In this document: positions 34,497 to 42,238 of the stretch, piece after piece
Position numbering within the stretch: the stretch's first letter is position 1
How the letters are laid out: each line of letters begins with the position of its first letter
DNA from: Bryobacterales bacterium
Lineage (GTDB): Bacteria; Acidobacteriota; Terriglobia; Bryobacterales; Bryobacteraceae
Reading direction: 5' to 3'
Assembly: GCA_003166875.1 (NCBI GenBank)
Contig: PMUN01000341.1
Coordinates: 1 to 57,879, forward strand
Length of the DNA: 57,879 bases
Position numbers and translations under genes: made by a program
Notes under the pieces: model-generated
What the model was told of the DNA's origin: nothing
What the model saw: only the letters and a program-made list of their open reading frames with translations
Databases searched by the model: none

Positions 34497-35266
34497 CCAT
34501 ATTGCAAGAAATCGAAAAACTTCTTAATGACTACCGTGCCTGGTTGAAGGACAAAACCACCCTGCGGGAAGTGAACGGCTCTTGGGTTGAGATTACGACC
34601 CCTTACCTCGACCGGCATAACGATGCGCTGCAGATCTATGCGCGGCAAGAGAACGGGGGGTACGTCTTGACGGACGACAGTTACACAATACACGACCTTG
34701 AAAGCTCCGGCTGCAACCTCAACACGGAGAAGCGGCGGGACCTTCTGAAGATGACTCTCAACGGCTTTGGCGTAAAGCTGAACTCGGAAGCCCTGGAAGT
34801 GCACGCTACAGCGGAAAATTTCCCGGTTCACAAGCACAATCTCCTTCAAGCCATGCTTGCGGTGAACGATCTGTTCTATCTTGCAAAGCCGGTTGTGGAG
34901 AGCCTGTTCTATGAAGACGTGGTTACGTGGCTTGACGCGAATGACATCCGATACACCCCTAAAGTTAAGTTCACCGGCACAAGCGGTTACGATCATTTGT
35001 TCGATTTTGTTGTCCCGAAATCTCGAAAGCAGCCGGAGCGTATCCTGCAGGCGATCAACCGCCCTATCGGCGACACAGCAAAGTTGTTTATCCTTGCTTG
35101 GCTCGATACCCGGCAAGTGCGCCCTCCCGAATCAAAGGCATACGTCGTCCTGAATGATAATGAGCAGACGATCTCAAGCGCCGTGCTAGAGGCTTTCCGC
35201 AGCTATCAGATCCAGCCCGTGCCATTCAGTCGCCGCGCTGACGTCGTGACTGAGCTTGCCGCCTAG
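34493..35266 (+). CDS. DUF1828/DUF1829-type protein (function unknown)
   Basis: 257 aa. N-terminal [18 protein letters not shown]...[14 protein letters not shown] and C-terminal [15 protein letters not shown] resemble the DUF1828 plus DUF1829 architecture as I recall it. Confidence 0.7.
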   Translation: MTILQEIEKLLNDYRAWLKDKTTLREVNGSWVEITTPYLDRHNDALQIYARQENGGYVLTDDSYTIHDLESSGCNLNTEKRRDLLKMTLNGFGVKLNSEALEVHATAENFPVHKHNLLQAMLAVNDLFYLAKPVVESLFYEDVVTWLDANDIRYTPKVKFTGTSGYDHLFDFVVPKSRKQPERILQAINRPIGDTAKLFILAWLDTRQVRPPESKAYVVLNDNEQTISSAVLEAFRSYQIQPVPFSRRADVVTELAA

Positions 35267-35453
35267 GCCTACTGAGCGCCAGAACCACGGGTCACCGGGC
35301 CATTACTACTGATTCTTCTTCGTAAACATCAGGTTACGCAAAACTTTCTGTTTACCAATTGCCTTCTCGTGTGATACGATAAAGAAGCTTCGTGGATCGC
35401 ATCCGGGAAGCGGTCTTGCCAAATCCCCAAAAACGGAGTAACGACGCGCCAGA

Positions 35454-35870
35454 ATGAGCTTCACAGTTTTCCTCGGAAATTTGCCTGCCTGGGTTACCAA
35501 AGACGACATCAAGTCTTGGCTCAACGCAGAAAACCTTGTATACGACGACGTAAAAGTGATTCGCAACCCCGAGACGCAGGAATCGAAGGGATTCGCGTTT
35601 ATCGATACGCCGAACGCGGAAGAGATGAATTCAATCATCCGCCGCTTTGATCGCGCACCACTCGAAGACAGGCTGTTGCGAGCCAATCAGGCGCAGCCGC
35701 CCAAATCGAAAGGCCCAGGAGTCGGACCGAGCGGTCCGGTGAATCGAACCGCAGCCGGTCCAGGTCCACGGCGGGAGCGAGGCGGGCGAAAGCATAAGCG
35801 CCCAGGTAACCAGAACGGACCGCAGGGGCCTGCCAGCGCATTTGCGGAAGAATTAGCCAAGGCTCTGTAA
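35454..35870 (+). CDS. RRM-type RNA-binding protein with a basic Arg/Gly/Pro-rich tail
   Basis: 138 aa. RNP2 VFLGNL and RNP1 KGFAFI. Tail RRERGGRKHKRPGNQNGPQGP. Confidence 0.85.
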   Translation: MSFTVFLGNLPAWVTKDDIKSWLNAENLVYDDVKVIRNPETQESKGFAFIDTPNAEEMNSIIRRFDRAPLEDRLLRANQAQPPKSKGPGVGPSGPVNRTAAGPGPRRERGGRKHKRPGNQNGPQGPASAFAEELAKAL

Positions 35871-35874
35871 ACCT

Positions 35875-35912
35875 CCCCCTTCGCTCCGCCGTTCCGGGGG
35901 CGTTTCTTTTTT
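35875..35912 (+). terminator. Intrinsic terminator candidate after the RRM gene
   Basis: GC-rich stem (ccccc...ggggg, or cgcc...ggcg) followed by tttctttttt. Confidence 0.5.
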
Positions 35913-35943
35913 CTCCTTCCTTCTGTAACTTCCCTCCCATCAG

Positions 35944-35952
35944 TGCTATACT
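35944..35952 (+). promoter_or_regulatory. Extended -10 element TGcTATACT upstream of the PIN/TRAM-ispDF genes
   Basis: tgctatact at 35944-35952. No convincing -35 element. Confidence 0.3.
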
Positions 35953-36028
35953 CAATGGCACACAATTGTAACCTAATTTCATCTTGCGGCGCGATAGCAG
36001 ACAAACCGCTCGATGGGGGGTAGTGCAG

Positions 36029-37132
36029 GTGAATAGCGTGCTGGTCATACGCGTCCTCTTTATCTTGCTGCTGGCAGGGTGCGCCTGGTATTTGCGCCCT
36101 TTCGATCTTCCGGGGTATTACGCAGCAGCCACCGGCCTCGTTTTCGGGATAGCAATCGTCATCTTCGAAATCCAGGTACGGAAAACTACACTGAAGCGCC
36201 TGTTCGGCGCAGCCTTTGGATCGCTTCTTGGCATCATCGGAGCTTATCTGATCTCTCTGATCCTGGGCCGCGCCCTTCCCGGCAATTCATCCACCATCGC
36301 TTTTGTGCAGCTCCTGTTGCTGCTGTGGATGGGTTATGTGGGCTTGGCGGTAGGCGCCAGCAAGGGCGAGATGCTCAACCTGGGCGCCCTGGGCGGATTG
36401 TTCGGCGGAGAGCAGTCCTCCAGCCAGTCCTTCAAGATCCTGGATACCAGTGTCATCATTGATGGCCGGATCGCGGACATCGTGGAGACCGGTTTTCTGG
36501 ACGGGACGCTGGTGATCCCGCAATTCGTGCTGAGGGAACTTCAATTGGTGGCCGACTCGGCCGATTCCCTCAAGCGCAATCGGGGCCGCCGCGGGTTGGA
36601 TGTCCTGCAGCGGGTGCAGAAGATGACCCAGCTCAACATCCAGATTCTGGAAGACGATTTCCCCAATGTTCACGAAGTGGACATGAAGCTGATCGAGCTG
36701 GCCAAGGTTTACAACTGCAAGATCGTGACCAACGATTTCAACTTGAACAAAGTCGCGCAACTGCATGGCGTTGAAGTTTTGAATATTAACGAGCTGGCCA
36801 ATGCGCTGAAACCGGTGGTACTGCCTGGCGAAATCATGCGCGTCTTCATCCTGAAGGAAGGCAAAGAGTACAACCAAGGGGTGGCGTATCTGGATGACGG
36901 GACCATGGTGGTGGTGGACAATGCCAAGAAGATGATCTCCCGCACCATCGACATTGCGGTCACCAGCGTTCTGCAGACCACCGCCGGTAAAATGATTTTC
37001 GGAAGATTTGACGAGCGCGTGCACTCCGTCCATGACAAGAGTCATTCGGATCGGCATAGCAGCGCGCCGCGCGAACCGGCTGCGGGACCGCAAGCAGCGG
37101 AGGCTCGCGGCTCAGGTGTCGGAGCCAGTTAA
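36029..37132 (+). CDS. PIN/TRAM-domain membrane protein (YacL-like)
   Basis: ORF from 35984 (TTG). GTG 36029 follows a G-rich Shine-Dalgarno, and 36023 or 36038 are also possible. N-terminal TMs. PIN block FKILDTSVIIDGRI...IPQFVLRELQ...NDFNL. C-terminal TRAM-like region. Confidence 0.85.
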   Translation: MNSVLVIRVLFILLLAGCAWYLRPFDLPGYYAAATGLVFGIAIVIFEIQVRKTTLKRLFGAAFGSLLGIIGAYLISLILGRALPGNSSTIAFVQLLLLLWMGYVGLAVGASKGEMLNLGALGGLFGGEQSSSQSFKILDTSVIIDGRIADIVETGFLDGTLVIPQFVLRELQLVADSADSLKRNRGRRGLDVLQRVQKMTQLNIQILEDDFPNVHEVDMKLIELAKVYNCKIVTNDFNLNKVAQLHGVEVLNINELANALKPVVLPGEIMRVFILKEGKEYNQGVAYLDDGTMVVVDNAKKMISRTIDIAVTSVLQTTAGKMIFGRFDERVHSVHDKSHSDRHSSAPREPAAGPQAAEARGSGVGAS

Positions 37133-37144
37133 TAGAGTGGTGAA

Positions 37145-37870
37145 ATGAACGTTTCTGTAATCCTCCCAGCCGCAGGTCTCGGAACCCGAATGGGGCGCAG
37201 TGTCCCGGAGAAGGCAGGCACCAGCCGTAAGCAGTTTATGCTGCTGGATGGCTCACCCATACTTCTGCATACCATCCGGAAGTTTGCTTCCTCGCCCTCG
37301 GTGAAGGAAATCGTGGTGGCTTTGCGCGGCGAAGATATGGAGTGGGTGAGAGATCTGCTGGGGAAGGAAAACTTCGGCAAGCCGGTGCGGTTGGTGGAAG
37401 GCGGCGATAGCCGGCAGGAATCCGTGGAGCATGCCTTGGCGACGCTGGGCGAAGACACGGACCTGGTGGCCGTGCACGATGCCGTCCGGCCATTTATTGA
37501 GCTCTCCACTCTCTCTAGCGTGTTCGCCGAAGCGGCTGAATGTGGCGGCGCCATCGTCGGCATTGTCCCGGTAGACACCGTGAAGCAGGTCCATAAGAAC
37601 AAAATCCGGCAGACTATACCGCGCGAGCGGTTGGTGCTGGCGCAGACTCCGCAGGTTTTCCGATTCGATCTACTGAAGCGCGCATTCGCAAAAGCGCGCG
37701 AAGACGGGTTTGCGGGCACCGATGAATCCAGCCTGGTTGAGCGGCTGGATCAGGTAGAAGTCAGCGTGGTTCCGGGCAGCGATCGGAATATCAAGATCAC
37801 CAAGCTTTCCGACATGGATCTCGCCAAGCTATTTCTGGCCGAGGAAATGGCCATTCGGGAATCGTCTTGA
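37145..37870 (+). CDS. ispD: 2-C-methyl-D-erythritol 4-phosphate cytidylyltransferase
   Basis: 241 aa. VILPAAGLGTRMG...VHDAVRPF...AQTPQVF. Confidence 0.9.
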   Translation: MNVSVILPAAGLGTRMGRSVPEKAGTSRKQFMLLDGSPILLHTIRKFASSPSVKEIVVALRGEDMEWVRDLLGKENFGKPVRLVEGGDSRQESVEHALATLGEDTDLVAVHDAVRPFIELSTLSSVFAEAAECGGAIVGIVPVDTVKQVHKNKIRQTIPRERLVLAQTPQVFRFDLLKRAFAKAREDGFAGTDESSLVERLDQVEVSVVPGSDRNIKITKLSDMDLAKLFLAEEMAIRESS

Positions 37871-38367
37871 GCGATCTGGTAGCCGGCCACCTTCGCGTGG
37901 GCCAGGGTTGGGACGTTCATCGCATCGTGGCTGGCCGGCCTTTGATTTTAGGCGGCGTATCTATTCCTTCCGAGTTCGGCTTGGAAGGACACTCCGATGC
38001 CGACGTACTTTCGCACGCCATTACCGACGCGTTGTTGGGAGCGGCCGCGCTGGGGGATATCGGAATGCACTTTCCCGATACTGACCCGCGCTGGAAGGGC
38101 GCCGATAGCCTCAAATTTCTGCAGCACGCTCGAGATTTGGCCGCTGAAATTGGCTATTCCATCGTCAACGTGGATTCGACGGTGATTCTCGAGCGCCCCA
38201 AGCTTAAGGATTTTCGAACCGCGATTCGTGAGAAGCTGGCCGAGACTCTCGATCTTGAGGCTGACCAGGTCTCGGTGAAGTTCAAAACGGCTGAGAAAGT
38301 GGGGCCGGTGGGCGAAGGCCATTCCGCCGAGGCGCAGGCTATAGTAATGCTATGCCGACCGCGTTGA
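37867..38367 (+). CDS. ispF: 2-C-methyl-D-erythritol 2,4-cyclodiphosphate synthase
   Basis: 166 aa. GQGWDVHR...GHSDADVLSHAITDALLGA. TTG start overlapping the ispD stop. Confidence 0.9.
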   Translation: MSDLVAGHLRVGQGWDVHRIVAGRPLILGGVSIPSEFGLEGHSDADVLSHAITDALLGAAALGDIGMHFPDTDPRWKGADSLKFLQHARDLAAEIGYSIVNVDSTVILERPKLKDFRTAIREKLAETLDLEADQVSVKFKTAEKVGPVGEGHSAEAQAIVMLCRPR

Positions 38368-39107
38368 TCACCGGTGCTTCGGGTGGAATCGGACTCGAAC
38401 TGGCACGAATTTTCGCGGAGCAAGGTTACGCGCTGGTATTGGTGGCGCGGAACCGCGAGCGCCTGGAAGAGATCGCCGTCGAGCTGAAGCCCACGCCAGT
38501 TCAGGTGCTCGCCAAAGACTTGGCCCTGGTGGGCGCGGCGGAGGGGATTCATCGGGAAGTTCCCAAAGTGGATGTGCTGGTGAACAACGCGGGCTATGGC
38601 GTCTACGGTCCGTTTGTCAAGACCCCGCTGGACGACGAGCTGGGGATGCTGCAGCTCAATATGACGGCGCTGGTGGTGCTCACCAAGCTGTATCTGCCCG
38701 CGATGGTGGCTTCGAAAAACGGGAAGATCCTCAATGTAGCGTCGACGGCCGCGTTCCAGCCGGGTCCGTTGATGGCGCTTTATTACGCCACCAAAGCCTT
38801 CGTGCTTTCTTTTTCCGAAGCTATCGGGAATGAGCTGGAAGGAACTGGCGTGACGGTGACTGCGCTGTGTCCTGGTCCCACGGCGACTGGATTCCAGGCG
38901 CGCACCAAGCTCGAAAAATCGCGGCTAATCAAACGCATGAAGGTGATGGACGCGCGCACCGTAGCGGAAGCCGGCTATCGCGGATTAATGGCCGGCAAGC
39001 CGGTGGTGATCCCCGGTCTGATGAACAAGCTTCTAGCGCAATCCGTGCGCTTCAGTCCCCGTTGGATGGTGACGAAGATCGCGCGGATGATGCAGGAAGA
39101 AGCCTGA
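38352..39107 (+). CDS. SDR-family oxidoreductase
   Basis: 251 aa. ITGASGGIG, NNAG, and YYATKAF (YxxxK). Confidence 0.85.
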   Translation: MPTALITGASGGIGLELARIFAEQGYALVLVARNRERLEEIAVELKPTPVQVLAKDLALVGAAEGIHREVPKVDVLVNNAGYGVYGPFVKTPLDDELGMLQLNMTALVVLTKLYLPAMVASKNGKILNVASTAAFQPGPLMALYYATKAFVLSFSEAIGNELEGTGVTVTALCPGPTATGFQARTKLEKSRLIKRMKVMDARTVAEAGYRGLMAGKPVVIPGLMNKLLAQSVRFSPRWMVTKIARMMQEEA

Positions 39108-39153
39108 CGACGTCAGGGGCTCGGGACTTGGGACTAGGGGCTGCGGAGCAGCC
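39103..39153. terminator. Palindrome and hairpin between convergent genes
   Basis: cctgacg-a-cgtcagg (39103-39117) and ggctgc-gga-gcagcc (39139-39153). Confidence 0.35.
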
Positions 39154-39177
39154 GAGGTCGTTTCGAGTCCATGAAAC

Positions 39178-41535
39178 CTAGTGAATCGACAACGTCGCAT
39201 TGGCCGGGCTCTGGGCGGTCCCGACGGTTACACTCACGGGTACCGCTGTGCCAGTCGGAGCATTGGCCGGAATCTGGACATTGAGCTGCATCACGCCGGC
39301 GAGTTCACCGGGAGCCGCGCCATAGTATTGGAGAGTGGCCGGCACTCCGCCGATTGTGACAGACACAGGCAGCACCGGTTGCGGGTAGGGAGTGGAATTA
39401 GCCAGAGCGCCGTCGATTCCGGCAGGATTGGTCTGGCCCTCGCCAGTTGCGAACATGATTAGCGTGTTGCCTCGTGACTCGGGATTCTTGGGCGAGTTGG
39501 GCGTACCATCAGCATTGTTGGCGGCGACCTGCGTCTTGCTGAATCCAGGCGCCATGAAAAACGCGGGATTGGATGCCGCCACGGGGATGGCAACGGCCTG
39601 CGAGTAGATGCCCTCGTACAACACTTGAACCTGTGTCGACGTCTCGCCCGCGACAGCGTAAGGAACAACGCCGGTGATCTGGCCGGGAGAGGTGTAAACC
39701 ATGGGCGCCGGAACGCCATCGAACAGCACCTCAGTGCCATTGACGGCTCCGATAAAGCGCTGGTCCCAGCTCAGGTCATCGTGAAAAGTGAGCGTAGCTG
39801 GCCCGAGGTTGGAACCGAAGATGGTGAACATTTCGCCGGGCGATACGGCCCCGGAGGCAAAACTCGCGCCATTCACCACAGACCCAACGATGGGCCGCGG
39901 TGTGTTGTGCACTATGCCAAGGGCGTTCACGGCATCGATCTTTCCGTAACCCCACGTCGCGCTTGGCAATGCTCCCGTGAAGGAATCGGACCGCGCCGAT
40001 TTGTGCAAAATATCTTTCACCGTGAAGGCATCCAGCTTGGGATTCAATTGGAGCATCAGCGCGATGATGCCCCCGGTGACTGGGTTCGCCGAACTGTTCG
40101 CCCCGGCCGCTCCGTAAAATCCCTTACCATCTTGGATTTCATTGCCGATAAACTGGCTGCTGCCCCAGTAAGAATTCGGATCGTAGGCGGTCATGATGGT
40201 TTCCGCGGGGGAGCTGACGTCGATCCCACGCCGTCCATCGAAAGTGGGCCCGAGACTTTGGCCCGCCCAAATCTGCCCGATGCTGCCCTGATTGGCAGGC
40301 AGGCCGTAAGGGTGGCCGTTCACGGACGTCCAATTGGTGCGGATCACGTAACACGCATCGACGACGGCATTGCGGGTTGCGCCGTAATCCGAGATGCTGC
40401 CCGGGACGGCGTAGTTTTCAAAGTAATTGAGCGTGGAGGCGGCCTGGTCCGAAGGATTCATGGTTACATCGAAGTGGCCGTTCACCACCGTTCGCCCGAT
40501 CAGAGTGATGGAGTATTCGCCATTCGGGCTGTTGGCATTCAAGTTAATCTCTACCTCGCGCTTGCCGTTGAGGGCGCCCGCAGCATTCAGTACATTCGCG
40601 CCCCAGGCATAGTAGCCCAGCTCCGAAAGGTTGGTTTCGAAATCGCCGGAGTCGTTGGCGGGCGCCGTAAATGGGCCGTACGATGCGTCGGGCGTCTGGA
40701 TCTTCACGTCGAACGCATCCGTGCCGGCGTACCACATGTCGATAATTGCTCCGCCGGTCATCTCCTTTTTCAGTTTCAACGTCAGACTGCCACCGGCTGG
40801 CACACTGGCCGCGGCGTGGTTGGCCGAGCTCCCGTCGTCGCCCGAAGCCGCGATGAAGATCACGCCGGGTTGACTACCAACCGCCGCGTCAATGGTGCGC
40901 GAAACGGTGCTGGTGCCATCCGTCGGGCCGCCAATGGATCCAATGTCCATGAGCATTACCACTGGCATGTTAAGCTCTTTGGCTTTGTCGACAACGAACT
41001 GGATCGCAGTCGGAATCAGGTTCAGAGGCTGAAATTGGGGAACTGCGGGTGTACTCCCATAGGCGGGTGTCGGACTGTTTAGGAGTTTCACGGTAATAAT
41101 AGTCGCCTCCGGCGCGATGCCGTGATACTTGTAAACATTGCTGCCGTTGCCCGCTGCAACCGCAGTGTTGGCCGTTCCGTGGCCCAGGTAATCGCGCTCT
41201 GGTATGGCCGTGCCGCCCTTGAGCGCCTGGTTGATCTGGGCTTGAGTGTAGATAGTGCCTGCGCCGTAAGGATTGTTCGACGCATTGGCGCCGGTGCTGT
41301 CGGTCAAGTCGAAGATATAAGCAATGCGGGTGGTACCGTCGGCATTGCGAAAATCGTTGTTCTGCCAATCGATCCCGCGGTCGATCATGGCATAGATGAC
41401 GCCTTTTCCGCTGACCCCATACTGGGAGGAAGCCTGATCGGACCGGGTTTCAACCCGCACCAAGTCGAGACCTGGAAGACTGGCGGCCGCCACGGCCAAA
41501 TAAATCATGAATCTGCTCAGAACTGATAAAGACAT
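39178..41535 (-). CDS. Secreted S8 (subtilisin-like) peptidase with Solibacter-type C-terminal domains
   Basis: 785 aa with signal peptide. D (AMIDRGIDW), H (GHGTANTAVAAG), S-region (GANSSANPVTGGIIAL). C-terminal SVVNGASFASGAVSPGEMFTIFGSNLG...PGQITGVVP...GVMQLNVQIP. Confidence 0.8.
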   Translation of the reverse strand: MSLSVLSRFMIYLAVAAASLPGLDLVRVETRSDQASSQYGVSGKGVIYAMIDRGIDWQNNDFRNADGTTRIAYIFDLTDSTGANASNNPYGAGTIYTQAQINQALKGGTAIPERDYLGHGTANTAVAAGNGSNVYKYHGIAPEATIITVKLLNSPTPAYGSTPAVPQFQPLNLIPTAIQFVVDKAKELNMPVVMLMDIGSIGGPTDGTSTVSRTIDAAVGSQPGVIFIAASGDDGSSANHAAASVPAGGSLTLKLKKEMTGGAIIDMWYAGTDAFDVKIQTPDASYGPFTAPANDSGDFETNLSELGYYAWGANVLNAAGALNGKREVEINLNANSPNGEYSITLIGRTVVNGHFDVTMNPSDQAASTLNYFENYAVPGSISDYGATRNAVVDACYVIRTNWTSVNGHPYGLPANQGSIGQIWAGQSLGPTFDGRRGIDVSSPAETIMTAYDPNSYWGSSQFIGNEIQDGKGFYGAAGANSSANPVTGGIIALMLQLNPKLDAFTVKDILHKSARSDSFTGALPSATWGYGKIDAVNALGIVHNTPRPIVGSVVNGASFASGAVSPGEMFTIFGSNLGPATLTFHDDLSWDQRFIGAVNGTEVLFDGVPAPMVYTSPGQITGVVPYAVAGETSTQVQVLYEGIYSQAVAIPVAASNPAFFMAPGFSKTQVAANNADGTPNSPKNPESRGNTLIMFATGEGQTNPAGIDGALANSTPYPQPVLPVSVTIGGVPATLQYYGAAPGELAGVMQLNVQIPANAPTGTAVPVSVTVGTAQSPANATLSIH

Positions 41536-41627
41536 GGATATCCTTCAGCTACATAGCGCAAGCCGCTTCCGAAACGCCTCACTCTTGTTTGATATAAAAT
41601 ACTATTAACCCCTGAGCATTCCGATTC

Positions 41628-42218
41628 ATGCCACCCGACGTTCCGGTTGAGCGCGAGATTACCCGGCTCTTGCACCGATGGAAGGAAGGCGACCGCGAGG
41701 CCCTGGCTAGCCTGGCGTCGCTGGCTTATGAGGACCTGCACGCCATCGCCATCGGCTACCTGCGGCGGGAGGTTGCCGGCCACACTCTGCAAGCCACCGG
41801 ATTGGTGAATGAGTTGTACCTACGCCTCGCACAAGTTCGGGGCGTCCAATTAACCAACCGGCGGCACTTCTACACCTTCGCCGCGCAGTTGATGCGGATG
41901 ATTCTCATCGACCACGCGCGCCAGACACGGGCTTTGAAACGGCCAGGATCGGGCGTCCGAGTGCCGTTGCATGAGGAAATGGCGTGGATCGATGCGTCCA
42001 GCGATGAAATGCTCGCGCTGGATGTCGCTCTGGATCAGTTGGAAGCTCTCGAGGAACGGAAAGTGCGCGTGATCGAGCTGCGATTCTTCCTGGGATGCAC
42101 CAATGAGGAGACTGCCCAGCTTCTGGACGTTTCTCGCGCAACGATCGACCGCGACCTGGAATTCGCCAAGACCTGGCTGTACCGGCGGCTTTCCGCACCA
42201 CCACCATCCGGCGGATAA
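41628..42218 (+). CDS. ECF-type sigma-70 factor of the kinase-associated class
   Basis: 196 aa. N-terminal ITRLLHRWKEGDREALASL. Region 2 YEDLHAIA...LVNELYLRL and region 4 EETAQLLDVSRATIDRDL. Followed 20 nt later by a Ser/Thr kinase gene. Confidence 0.9.
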   Translation: MPPDVPVEREITRLLHRWKEGDREALASLASLAYEDLHAIAIGYLRREVAGHTLQATGLVNELYLRLAQVRGVQLTNRRHFYTFAAQLMRMILIDHARQTRALKRPGSGVRVPLHEEMAWIDASSDEMLALDVALDQLEALEERKVRVIELRFFLGCTNEETAQLLDVSRATIDRDLEFAKTWLYRRLSAPPPSGG

Positions 42219-42238
42219 GATGAGCTGATTCGCTCCCA

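Noticed and set aside
34334-35116. 260-aa minus-strand ORF inside the cassette
   Set aside because: It is antisense to the DUF1828/1829-type gene, which has recognisable family motifs. The antisense product is R/V/L-rich with no motifs. It remains a formal alternative until checked.
33973-35453. Search for att-like direct repeats flanking the two-gene cassette
   Set aside because: Only 7-9-nt matches such as GCTTCGT were found, which is not beyond chance. No integrase or tRNA is present. The cassette is therefore not called a mobile element.
39625-41082. 485-aa plus-strand ORF
   Set aside because: It is antisense to the S8 peptidase and has an R/G-rich composition.
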